From: a virus
Lineage: Duplodnaviria > Caudoviricetes
Direction: 5' to 3' (one strand)
Length of the DNA stretch: 32,305 bases
Virus record (IMG/VR): IMGVR_UViG_3300011422_000014
Coordinates: 1 to 32,305 of that record
The position numbers were made by a program, and so were the translations under genes. A model generated the notes under the pieces. It made no database searches, was not told the DNA's origin, and saw only the letters and a program-made list of their open reading frames with translations. Positions 16,510 to 24,584 of the stretch are shown one piece after another (position 1 is the first letter of the stretch; the number at the start of each line of letters is the position of its first letter).

Positions 16510-17574
16510 ATGAGCGAAATCGCGACAACTGAGGCCATAATGGCCGTGAACGAGTTCAAGCGGGACGGGGAGTGGGTGCAGCTCTCGCCGTTTGGCGTGT
16601 GGCCCAACGTAGTGGGCACGCAGAATTTTCAGAAAGAGGAAGGGCAGGAGGTGGTGAACGAATTTCAATCCCTGCTCAACGCGCCGGCGCGGCTGATGGG
16701 AGCGCCGTGGTATATCGGGCATCCGGATTACGATCCGCTGAAGCAGCGCTACAAGGACACGCGCGCCTACGGCCGGATCAAAGAGCTGCAGGTGCGCGAC
16801 GATGGCTTGTACGGCCGGGTGAAATTTTCCGACGCAGGCAAGAAGCTGATCCAGGACGAAGCCTTCCATGGCCACAGCATTATGTGGGCGATGCGCAAGG
16901 GCCCGGACAATAAATGGCATCCTTTCCGGCTCAAATCGGTGGGCTGGACCAATGAACCACAAATCCCGGTGGCTCCGATTACCGCCGCCAACGAAGAAAG
17001 CAAAAACCAGATGGACCGAACTAAACTCATAACGAGCCTCGGCCTGGCGGCAACCGCCACGGACCAGGAAATTGAGGCCGCGATAGACGGCCTGAAAACG
17101 AAGCACGCGGCCAACGAGACGCAGATCAACGCGTTGAAGGGGCAGCTCACGATCGAGCAAGGGAAGGTGACGACCCTCACCACGCAGCTCACGGAGGCGA
17201 CCACGCAGCGGACCACCGCCCAAACGGAAGCGGCCAACGAGCGGCAGCGCGCGCGGGACCTGCTCATCGAGCGCGGCGTGCGCGAGGGCAAAATCCTGGT
17301 AGGTGAGCAGGAAGCCTGGAAGACGAAGTTCGCCGCCAACCACACCGAAGCGGCCAACGAGCTGCAGGCGGCGAAGGCGAAGATGAACACCAAATCCAAG
17401 GTCATCGGCCTGGGCCAGCGCAATGCCTCCCTGGGGACGGAGACGGGGCAGCAGATACAGGACGCGGTGAATGAGCGCCGCGCCAAGCACCCGAATGAAC
17501 CTTATGACGCATGCTGGGCCGCGGTGAAGCGGGAGAAACCGGAGCTGTTCACCATCGCGGTGCAAACGACCTAG
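16510..17574 (+). CDS. Mu gpI-like prohead protease with C-terminal scaffold
   Basis: WVQLSPFG, YIGHPD, AYGRI, GLYGRVKFS..GKKLI, LKSVGWTNEP; coiled-coil C-terminal half. Confidence 0.85.
   Translation: MSEIATTEAIMAVNEFKRDGEWVQLSPFGVWPNVVGTQNFQKEEGQEVVNEFQSLLNAPARLMGAPWYIGHPDYDPLKQRYKDTRAYGRIKELQVRDDGLYGRVKFSDAGKKLIQDEAFHGHSIMWAMRKGPDNKWHPFRLKSVGWTNEPQIPVAPITAANEESKNQMDRTKLITSLGLAATATDQEIEAAIDGLKTKHAANETQINALKGQLTIEQGKVTTLTTQLTEATTQRTTAQTEAANERQRARDLLIERGVREGKILVGEQEAWKTKFAANHTEAANELQAAKAKMNTKSKVIGLGQRNASLGTETGQQIQDAVNERRAKHPNEPYDACWAAVKREKPELFTIAVQTT
17011..17574 (+). CDS. Nested in-frame scaffolding protein (Mu gpZ-like)
   Basis: In-frame ATG after A-rich gaagaaagcaaaaaccag; MDRTKLITSLGLAATATDQEI is a typical scaffold start. 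Confidence 0.6.
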   Translation: MDRTKLITSLGLAATATDQEIEAAIDGLKTKHAANETQINALKGQLTIEQGKVTTLTTQLTEATTQRTTAQTEAANERQRARDLLIERGVREGKILVGEQEAWKTKFAANHTEAANELQAAKAKMNTKSKVIGLGQRNASLGTETGQQIQDAVNERRAKHPNEPYDACWAAVKREKPELFTIAVQTT

Positions 17575-17642
17575 CCGCAAATCATCCTCGAACCTCGAGA
17601 GCCGAACTATTTAGCCGCAACAAACCGATAAACCTAAACCAA

Positions 17643-18272
17643 ATGAAATCGATCCTATTTTTAATGTTGTTCGTAGTCGTGGTCATGCTGGCCACGGTGC
17701 TGATACTACCGCGCCTGGATAAGCGCATGGTCCGCAGAGTCAACCGCCAGGCCCGATCACTTGCGGGCCGGTTCATGATGGCGCTGCAGGAAGCACTGGT
17801 GCTGCCTGCCCGGCTGTGGAGCCGGTTGCGGTACCGGAACCGGGAAGTGTGCTACGGGGCGAACATCGCCGAAGGGGTGCACGAACGGTCGATCACGAAG
17901 CTGCCGGACGCGGCGATCGCGGCGCGGCACTTGTTATTCAAGGTGGGCAGCGATGCCGATCACATCGCCGCCTGCGGGGTGGCCGACGTGCCGATCGGGA
18001 CGATCGCGGACGAATGCACGGCGGCGGAGCTGGCGACGGGGAACCATTTCCTGTCGGTAGAGCTGCTCGGGAAGGGCCCCACCAAGCGGATGGTGGCCAG
18101 CGAAGCGATCACCGCCGGCGAGCAGGTATTCACGGCGGCGGGGGGGAAAGTCCAGGACACGCCGGCGGGAGCGACGGTTTACCTGGTGGGCGTGGCCCTG
18201 ACGGCCGCGGGCGCGGACAATGACATCATCGAGGTGGCGGATTGCGCGCCGGTGAAATTCGTCTTTGCCTGA
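17643..18272 (+). CDS. Capsid decoration/cement protein (DUF2190-like) with N-terminal hydrophobic extension
   Basis: PIGTIAD, MVASEAITAGEQV...GKV, VGVALTAA..DNDIIEV; lies between protease and capsid; ATG follows an A-rich leader. Confidence 0.75.
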   Translation: MKSILFLMLFVVVVMLATVLILPRLDKRMVRRVNRQARSLAGRFMMALQEALVLPARLWSRLRYRNREVCYGANIAEGVHERSITKLPDAAIAARHLLFKVGSDADHIAACGVADVPIGTIADECTAAELATGNHFLSVELLGKGPTKRMVASEAITAGEQVFTAAGGKVQDTPAGATVYLVGVALTAAGADNDIIEVADCAPVKFVFA

Positions 18273-18334
18273 TCCACACCCACGCAAGCAGCAATTAACG
18301 AGCAGAAGCAAATTTCGAAACTGAACGACAAAAT

Positions 18335-19321
18335 ATGAAGGAACAAAAAACGATTACGGCGGTGAACGAGTTTCACCTGCCGCAGGACAACGGTGGCGAA
18401 ATCACACCGGGCATGATCTACGCCGCGAACGAGTCGCGCTTTGCCAGCGTGAACTACTCGGAGCCGCTGACGCAGTACACGGTGGGTTGGCGCGACCCGG
18501 AGAACCTGGACGCGCTGCTGGACAGCATTGCCCCCAGCGTGCCGGTGGGCCGCCGGTTCGAGTTCAAGAAGGCGACCAATGCCGAGGCCTTCTTCAGCGA
18601 GACCGACGACGTGCGAGCGATCGGTTCGGCGTTCAAGCGGGTGGAATACACCGGCGAGACCGTGAACGAGAAGACGCTCAACAAGGGCCTGACGATCCGG
18701 CTGGACAAGGACGACCTGCTGGATGACGGGGAGGAAGAGCGGGCGGTGGGCCGGCTGATGCAGCGGCTTTCGCGCAACGAGGTGCGGCGGGCGCTGACCC
18801 TGATCGACGCCGCGGCCACGAACGCGGCCAAGGTGTGGGCCGCCACCACGAATCCGGACGGGGATCTGCGCGGGGCCCTCACGCTGGGCGCCAGCGCGAG
18901 CGGGATCCGGCCGAACGTGGTGCTCTTTTCCGAGACGGCCTGGGACATGCGGCTGGACGCCTACGAGGCAGCGGCCAACACCTCGAGCTACGCCGGCCGG
19001 GCGGCGGCCATGACGCCTCAGGAACTGGCGCGCAAGGTGATGGTGGACAGGATCGAGATCGTGAAAGCACGCTATTCGACGAGCCTCACGGCCAAGGGCC
19101 TGGTGCAAACCACGCTGACGGTGCTGGCCTACCTGGCGCTGCAGGGCGCGGGCAAAGACGACCCGAGCAACGTGAAGCGATTCGTGACGCCGGTGGGAAC
19201 CCGGTACCGGGTATTCCGCAAGGAAGATGACAAGTTCATCGATATTTCGGTCGAGCACTACAGCAACACCGTGATCACGAGCACGCTCGGGATCCGGAAG
19301 CTGACGGTGGCTGCGGCATGA
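18335..19321 (+). CDS. Major capsid protein
   Basis: 328 aa, position after protease/decoration genes; SGIRPNVVLFSETAW pattern; followed by a strong hairpin. Confidence 0.85.
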   Translation: MKEQKTITAVNEFHLPQDNGGEITPGMIYAANESRFASVNYSEPLTQYTVGWRDPENLDALLDSIAPSVPVGRRFEFKKATNAEAFFSETDDVRAIGSAFKRVEYTGETVNEKTLNKGLTIRLDKDDLLDDGEEERAVGRLMQRLSRNEVRRALTLIDAAATNAAKVWAATTNPDGDLRGALTLGASASGIRPNVVLFSETAWDMRLDAYEAAANTSSYAGRAAAMTPQELARKVMVDRIEIVKARYSTSLTAKGLVQTTLTVLAYLALQGAGKDDPSNVKRFVTPVGTRYRVFRKEDDKFIDISVEHYSNTVITSTLGIRKLTVAAA

Positions 19322-19332
19322 TGATCCGGCAC

Positions 19333-19372
19333 GGGTTGAGGGCTGGGGTGGTACCACCCTGGTCCTCAACCT
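19333..19372 (+). promoter_or_regulatory. Long hairpin after the capsid gene (mRNA stabiliser, attenuator or terminator; no U tract)
   Basis: gggttgagggctggggtg-gtac-caccctggtcctcaacct, 18 bp fully paired with G-U. Confidence 0.7.
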
Positions 19373-19411
19373 GGGCTAAAACCGCAATTAAAATTTTCAG
19401 AGAAGTCGCAT

Positions 19412-19651
19412 ATGTACGGGAAAGTTAAATGGTTCAACGACGGCAAGGGCTTTGGTTTCATCTCGCCGGATGACGGCGGGCAGGATTGTTTCGTCCACCA
19501 CTCGGAGGTGCGGATGAAAGGCCGGCGCACGCTGGAGGTGGGCCAGGCGGTGGAATTCCGGGTGGAACCCACGGATAAGGGGCCCAAAGCCTTGAATGTG
19601 CGGCCGCGCTGCGCGGACCGCGAGCCGTCACGATTTGCGCCGGCGTCATGA
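19412..19651 (+). CDS. csp: Cold-shock domain protein (CspA family)
   Basis: GKVKWFNDGKGFGFISPDDGGQDCFVHHS (RNP1/RNP2), LEVGQAVEF, KGPKALNV. Confidence 0.95.
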   Translation: MYGKVKWFNDGKGFGFISPDDGGQDCFVHHSEVRMKGRRTLEVGQAVEFRVEPTDKGPKALNVRPRCADREPSRFAPAS

Positions 19652-20037
19652 CCACGACGATCACCAGCGATGATCTGCTGACGCGGCTTACCAAGGAAGA
19701 GCTGGACGAGCTGACGGCGGTCGCGATCGAGGCGGGGCAGGCCTCGCCCGTGCAGAAGGCGATCGACAGCGGCCTGGGCGAGATCAAGCTGAGTATTGAT
19801 CCGGAGGCGCTCGAGGGCATCAGCCCGGAGATGCTCTACCGGGTCTGGCTGAGCCTGGCGGTGCCGCTGCTGTATGGACGCCTGGCCACGGGGATTCCGG
19901 AGAAGCACCTGAAGGAGCAAGCCTGGGCGCGGGAATTCCTGGATCGCGCGCGCCAGGGGAACATCCGGGGATCAGCGGCGGAGATTGTCCGGCAGCCGAC
20001 GCAGCCGGCGACGCGGGAGACCCTTGAGGGATTATGA
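19648..20037 (+). CDS. Head-tail adaptor (Mu gp36/DUF1320-like)
   Basis: ITSDDLLTRL..EEL, AREFLDRARQG; synteny. Confidence 0.7.
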   Translation: MTTTITSDDLLTRLTKEELDELTAVAIEAGQASPVQKAIDSGLGEIKLSIDPEALEGISPEMLYRVWLSLAVPLLYGRLATGIPEKHLKEQAWAREFLDRARQGNIRGSAAEIVRQPTQPATRETLEGL

Positions 20038-20570
20038 ACCTGGCGGATCCACGCACGGCGCTCAACGAGCTGGTGACAGTGATCACGGCGATGCAGTTGC
20101 CGGTGGATCCGTTCGGCGCCGGGAAGTTGGCGTTTGATAAGGTGAAGATCTTCGACCTGCAGGACCTGGTCAAAGCGATGGAGGAATTGTTCCTCTACGC
20201 AAACCGGATCGCCTTGATCGGCCTGGACTCGGTGGACCACGCCAACGTGGTGAGCGGGCGCACGCTTAAAACGCAGCGGTCGCTCTCGATCAGCGTGATT
20301 GTGTCGGATCGCCGGTTTAGCGACCGACGGAAAGCGCTGATGGGCGACGCGACGACGCCGGGGGCGCTCCTCCTGGGGAAGCTGCTCGTGGATACCCTGA
20401 GTGAATTGCCCAGCGGCGCCGTGGTGCTGCCGGGTACCGGACGGCTAGCCTCGCTGGAGAGCCGTGAAGACCAGACGGGGCGCATTGTGTTTGCTCAGGA
20501 CTTCGAGATCGCAACGGACTGGGAAGCTGTGAGCCTGAGCCGGATCGCCAAGGTGGCGCCGGCGAGTTGA
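20034..20570 (+). CDS. Tail terminator/neck protein (Mu gp37-like)
   Basis: Size, alpha/beta pattern and position before the tail tube. Confidence 0.6.
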   Translation: MNLADPRTALNELVTVITAMQLPVDPFGAGKLAFDKVKIFDLQDLVKAMEELFLYANRIALIGLDSVDHANVVSGRTLKTQRSLSISVIVSDRRFSDRRKALMGDATTPGALLLGKLLVDTLSELPSGAVVLPGTGRLASLESREDQTGRIVFAQDFEIATDWEAVSLSRIAKVAPAS

Positions 20571-20618
20571 CCGAGAGATTTTTAACGCTGTTCTAAACAA
20601 CCAAAACCGCAATCGAAT

Positions 20619-21647
20619 ATGACACCGACCCGCAATACCAAACAGATCCACATCGGCACGTGCGAACTTTCACTCTGCATTGGGGCTTTAACCCGAGCCG
20701 CCACACGTCCGCCGGCCGGCTTCCGGGACGTGGGAAATGTGGACGTCTACCAGCACGTGGTGGAGAACGAGATGTTCGAGCGGGAGGGTAGCTACCGCGG
20801 GAAAAAGAGCGTGGACGCCAAGTTCAGCATCAAGCAGAAGCTGGGCTACGTGTGCAAGTGCGACGAGGCGACGTATGAGAACATCAAGCTGGCGCTGATG
20901 GGCGAGGACCTGGGGGACAACGCGCGAGCGGTGATGACGGAGATGGCGGCGGATGTGATGGCGTTTACGGCGCTGATCCCGAGCAACCCGAAGCGCTGGT
21001 ATGATTTGTTGATCGCCGACGAGCAGCAGACGCATTTGACCAGCGCGCTGGTTTTCGGCCGTACTCCAAACGCGGCCACCACGCAGGATACCGGGGATAC
21101 CTTCACGACGGTGGCGCACGGGCTGGAGAATGGGGACCGGGTGATCCTGGTAACACTGGTGACGACCACCGGGGCGACGACGCTGACGCCGTATTACGTG
21201 GTGGGAAAGACAGCGGATACGTTCCAATTGAGCGCCACGGCTGGGGGGGCGGCGCTGGCCCTGACGACGAACGGGACCGCCACCTGGTTAAAAGCCCTGA
21301 CCGCGAATACGGATTACGGTTTTGACGCCTCCCTGGGCCGGCTGCGGTTCCTGGACAACATGGCGACGAACATCTACGCGTTTCTCACGGGAGAATCGAT
21401 TGTCAACACCTCGGACAATTACCGCAAGAGCATGACGCCGCTCGAGCAGGCGAGCGTGGAAGGTTACGCGCGGCTCTCGATGTTCAGCGCCTCGGACGAG
21501 GAGCTCACCTGGGAACACCGAGACTTCTCGTGCAGCGTGACGGTGCAGAATTTCGGGGAGAGCACGGGCAAGACGCCGGCGACGTTCGACATCATGCTGA
21601 CGGTGACGCACGATCGCGGGGAATACTTCGCTCCGGAGGAGAGCTGA
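20619..21647 (+). CDS. Major tail tube protein with inserted beta domain
   Basis: GFRDVGNV, DE...ENIKLALMG, DYGFDASLGRLRF; insert HGLENGDRV...YYVV...TFQLSATAGG. Confidence 0.75.
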   Translation: MTPTRNTKQIHIGTCELSLCIGALTRAATRPPAGFRDVGNVDVYQHVVENEMFEREGSYRGKKSVDAKFSIKQKLGYVCKCDEATYENIKLALMGEDLGDNARAVMTEMAADVMAFTALIPSNPKRWYDLLIADEQQTHLTSALVFGRTPNAATTQDTGDTFTTVAHGLENGDRVILVTLVTTTGATTLTPYYVVGKTADTFQLSATAGGAALALTTNGTATWLKALTANTDYGFDASLGRLRFLDNMATNIYAFLTGESIVNTSDNYRKSMTPLEQASVEGYARLSMFSASDEELTWEHRDFSCSVTVQNFGESTGKTPATFDIMLTVTHDRGEYFAPEES

Positions 21648-21677
21648 GCGGCTGGATAAACACTGAAGTAAACTGAT

Positions 21678-22148
21678 ATGGAAACGAAACAGCCGGGGGC
21701 GATGAGCGCGCAGGAAGCGCACGAGGTTTTGTACGACGGGGCGGACCTGGAGGTCCTTTACAAGGCAGGGCATTTAGGGCTTGTGAAGGTGCGGAAGATT
21801 CCGCGGGAGGAATTCGCGAACCTGGCGCTGATCATCCAGGACGATTCGGAGCTGGGGGAGTTCCAGGAGGCGGCGCTGTATTGCGGCCGGGATGAGGCTT
21901 GGGCGCGGTCGCTCCATGAGGGATCGCTGGATCGCGTGCTGGCGGAGGGCCAGCGGCTAAATTTTTCCAGCTATGCGCGCTGGTTTCGCCGGCGCGCACG
22001 GATGGTGAGCCTGGTGAGCAACCAGGAGGCGCTGGTGGCGGCGGCGAGCGAGGCCATGACCCGCTTGACGCAGCGCGGGTTCACGAATGGCTCATCAGCC
22101 AGGGGCACCGGGACGCCGAGCTCTGGAAATATTCCACCGAGAAACTGA
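21678..22148 (+). CDS. Tail assembly chaperone (gpG-like)
   Basis: Between tube and tape measure; low-complexity tail overlapped by an open -1 frame. Confidence 0.75.
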   Translation: METKQPGAMSAQEAHEVLYDGADLEVLYKAGHLGLVKVRKIPREEFANLALIIQDDSELGEFQEAALYCGRDEAWARSLHEGSLDRVLAEGQRLNFSSYARWFRRRARMVSLVSNQEALVAAASEAMTRLTQRGFTNGSSARGTGTPSSGNIPPRN

Positions 22149-22378
22149 CGTTGCTGGCGCGATTGGCCCAGGAGCGGGTGGCGCGCGAGCAGGCGGCAGC
22201 GGAACTGCAGAGCTTGCGCAGCCTGGCGGCAGTGGCCGGGCTGGTGTTCGGGAAGGACGAGGGCCGGAGAAACTTTCTGGCGCTGGAAGATGAGTTGAGA
22301 AAACAGACGCAGTTAAACAGCCACAGTGAAGCTTTGCGGCCGGAGGCGACTCGTCCCCGCGGCCGGAAGCGCATTTAA
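22076..22378 (+). CDS. Tail assembly chaperone gpGT C-terminal part (-1 frame)
   Basis: -1 frame reads RVHEWLISQGHRDAELWKYSTEKLTLLARLAQ... to the stop at 22378, with no ATG start. Confidence 0.6.
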   Translation, partial: RVHEWLISQGHRDAELWKYSTEKLTLLARLAQERVAREQAAAELQSLRSLAAVAGLVFGKDEGRRNFLALEDELRKQTQLNSHSEALRPEATRPRGRKRI

Positions 22379-22382
22379 GAAT

Positions 22383-23942
22383 ATGGCCGGCACACAAATT
22401 CAACTGCTGCTCGAGGGCATTGACCAGGCGAGCGCCAAGGTGAAGGCAGTCACCGCCGAGGTAGCGGCGCTGGGGCAGGCGGCCGCCACGGCGAACAGCC
22501 AGGCGGCGCCGCTAGTGCCCGCCCTGACCAACACCGGGACGGCGGCCGCCAAGACGGCCATGGCGACAAAATCGCTGAGCCAGAACGCGACGCAGTTGAA
22601 GGCCGGGTTTGGCGCGCTGCGCGGAGTGATGACGGTGGTCGGCTTGCAGGCGTTTCCGCAGTTGACGGGCTCGATCATGGTGGCCAAATCGGCCTTGATC
22701 GGATTGAAGGATTCCACGGCGCTCAGCACGGCGGCTTTGACGCGGTTGACGGTGATTGGCGCAGCGCTCGCGGCCGGGACCTGGCTCACCACGAAAAGTT
22801 TCGAGAAGCTTTGGGAGGCGGAGAATCAATTGGCGGCGACTGAGGGTGTGGCGTTTCAGGCGAAGTTGCTGAGTAACCACATCAAGCAATTGGGGGATCA
22901 GGGTGTTTTGACGGCCGCGCAGATGAAGATCCTGTTCAATGAACTGAACAGAACCGACCTTTCGTCCGCGACGCTGAGCAATGTGCGCGATCAGATCCGT
23001 GCCATTGAAAATGCTCAGCCGGGGAAAAATATCGATCTGCTCAACGCCAAGCTGCGCGAGACCCAGGTGCAGCTCTCGATGGTGGAGAGCACTTCCGATC
23101 TGGTGAGCGCGGCCGGCACGAATACGGATCGCAACGCGGCCCTGGACAAGCAGCGCGATGTCCTGATGGAGATTACCAGGGAATACCAGGCCCAGCAGGA
23201 AGCGCTGCAGGAGAAATTGGACCTGGACGACCAGGCGTTGCGGCAGAACGAGGAGTGGATCGAGCTGGAAGGGAAATTTCAGGAGGCTATGGCGGAGAGC
23301 ATGGCCGTCCAGCGGCGGAAGCGCGATGCCGAGCGAGAACTGCGGGCCCAGCAGCTCGAGGGAACGCGCAACATGTTCGCGGATATGGCCACCGCGGCAA
23401 AGGTGTTTGGCCGCGAGGGCTTCATTGCTTACCGGGTCTTCGCGAGCGCCGCCGCCCTGGTGGACACCTATCGTTCGGCCACGGCGGCTTACGCGGCGAT
23501 GGCGGGAATTCCCTACGTGGGGCCCGCCTTGGCGGTTGCGGCGGCCGCGGCGGCCGTGGCGGCCGGGTTGGCAAACGTGGCCGTTATCAACTCGCAGTCT
23601 TTCGATTCCGGCGGCTACACGGGGCCCGGCGGGAAGTATGAGCCGGCCGGCATCGTCCACCGCGGCGAGGTGGTGTTTTCCCAGGAGGACGTGGCGCGGA
23701 TCGGGTTGGCGCCGCTTCTGGGCTTAAGGCGCGGGGAGGTCAACGTGAGCAACATCAGCAGTTTTAAGGGACCCTTTCCCGGATACGCGGGGGGCGGGCT
23801 GGTGACGTCGCCGGCGGCGGGCCAGAATTTCAGCTTTGCGCTCATCGACAACCGGCAGGACCGGCGCGACTGGGAAGCCAGAAAGGGAATGAGGGTCTTG
23901 CTGGGCGAGTTGCAGCGCCGGGGGAACAAGATCAGCGTTTAA
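22383..23942 (+). CDS. Tape measure protein (519 aa)
   Basis: Ala-rich helical; AGIPYVGPALAVAAAAAA and FDSGGYTGPGGKYEPAGIVHRGEVV lambda-like C-terminal motifs. Confidence 0.9.
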   Translation: MAGTQIQLLLEGIDQASAKVKAVTAEVAALGQAAATANSQAAPLVPALTNTGTAAAKTAMATKSLSQNATQLKAGFGALRGVMTVVGLQAFPQLTGSIMVAKSALIGLKDSTALSTAALTRLTVIGAALAAGTWLTTKSFEKLWEAENQLAATEGVAFQAKLLSNHIKQLGDQGVLTAAQMKILFNELNRTDLSSATLSNVRDQIRAIENAQPGKNIDLLNAKLRETQVQLSMVESTSDLVSAAGTNTDRNAALDKQRDVLMEITREYQAQQEALQEKLDLDDQALRQNEEWIELEGKFQEAMAESMAVQRRKRDAERELRAQQLEGTRNMFADMATAAKVFGREGFIAYRVFASAAALVDTYRSATAAYAAMAGIPYVGPALAVAAAAAAVAAGLANVAVINSQSFDSGGYTGPGGKYEPAGIVHRGEVVFSQEDVARIGLAPLLGLRRGEVNVSNISSFKGPFPGYAGGGLVTSPAAGQNFSFALIDNRQDRRDWEARKGMRVLLGELQRRGNKISV

Positions 23943-23946
23943 GGAA

Positions 23947-24564
23947 ATGGCCATCCCCACCTACAGAGGCAGCGTGATCCCGGTGTTGAGCCTGCCACCG
24001 GATTGGAGCGGGGGCGTGAAGTGGCGTCAGCTCTACTCGACCATCGTCACGGAGAGTTTGAACGGCGCCGAGGAACGCCAGGGGAGGTTCCCCAGGGCGC
24101 TCTATGGCCTCAAATTCCGGACGGTGGGATTGACCGCCGCGGAGACGGCCTACCTGCGCGCGCTGATCGAAAAGCCCGATGCGCTCCCGGTCGCCTGTCC
24201 GCTCTGGCCACTGGCGGCCAGGCTGATGGCGGATGCCGGCGCTGGGTCCACCAGCCTGACTACGGACGCGACGGAGGATTGCCTGTTCGAGGTGCTTTCG
24301 GAATTTGCCCTGCTTTGGGCGGACTTCGAGACCTGGGAAGTGGTCGAGCTCGGTTCAGTCAGCTCGACTGAAATCACGCTTTCGGCAGTGACTGCTCGGG
24401 CCTATTCGGCCGGGGCGCTATTCCTGCCACTCGCTTACGGCCACGCGGCCCGCGGTAACATCGACCAACTCACCGACGAGCATGGCCAATGGGACTGCGA
24501 ATTCAACGAAACGTTCCACCGGCTGCACGATCAGTCGCTCTCTGAGAGTGACGCGGTGGCCTAA
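23947..24564 (+). CDS. Distal tail/tip protein (D3112-type, first repeat module)
   Basis: PPDWSGGV...STIVTESLNGAEERQ...PLWP pattern; directly after the tape measure. Confidence 0.65.
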   Translation: MAIPTYRGSVIPVLSLPPDWSGGVKWRQLYSTIVTESLNGAEERQGRFPRALYGLKFRTVGLTAAETAYLRALIEKPDALPVACPLWPLAARLMADAGAGSTSLTTDATEDCLFEVLSEFALLWADFETWEVVELGSVSSTEITLSAVTARAYSAGALFLPLAYGHAARGNIDQLTDEHGQWDCEFNETFHRLHDQSLSESDAVA

Positions 24565-24584
24565 ACCGATGAGAGGAAAAACAT

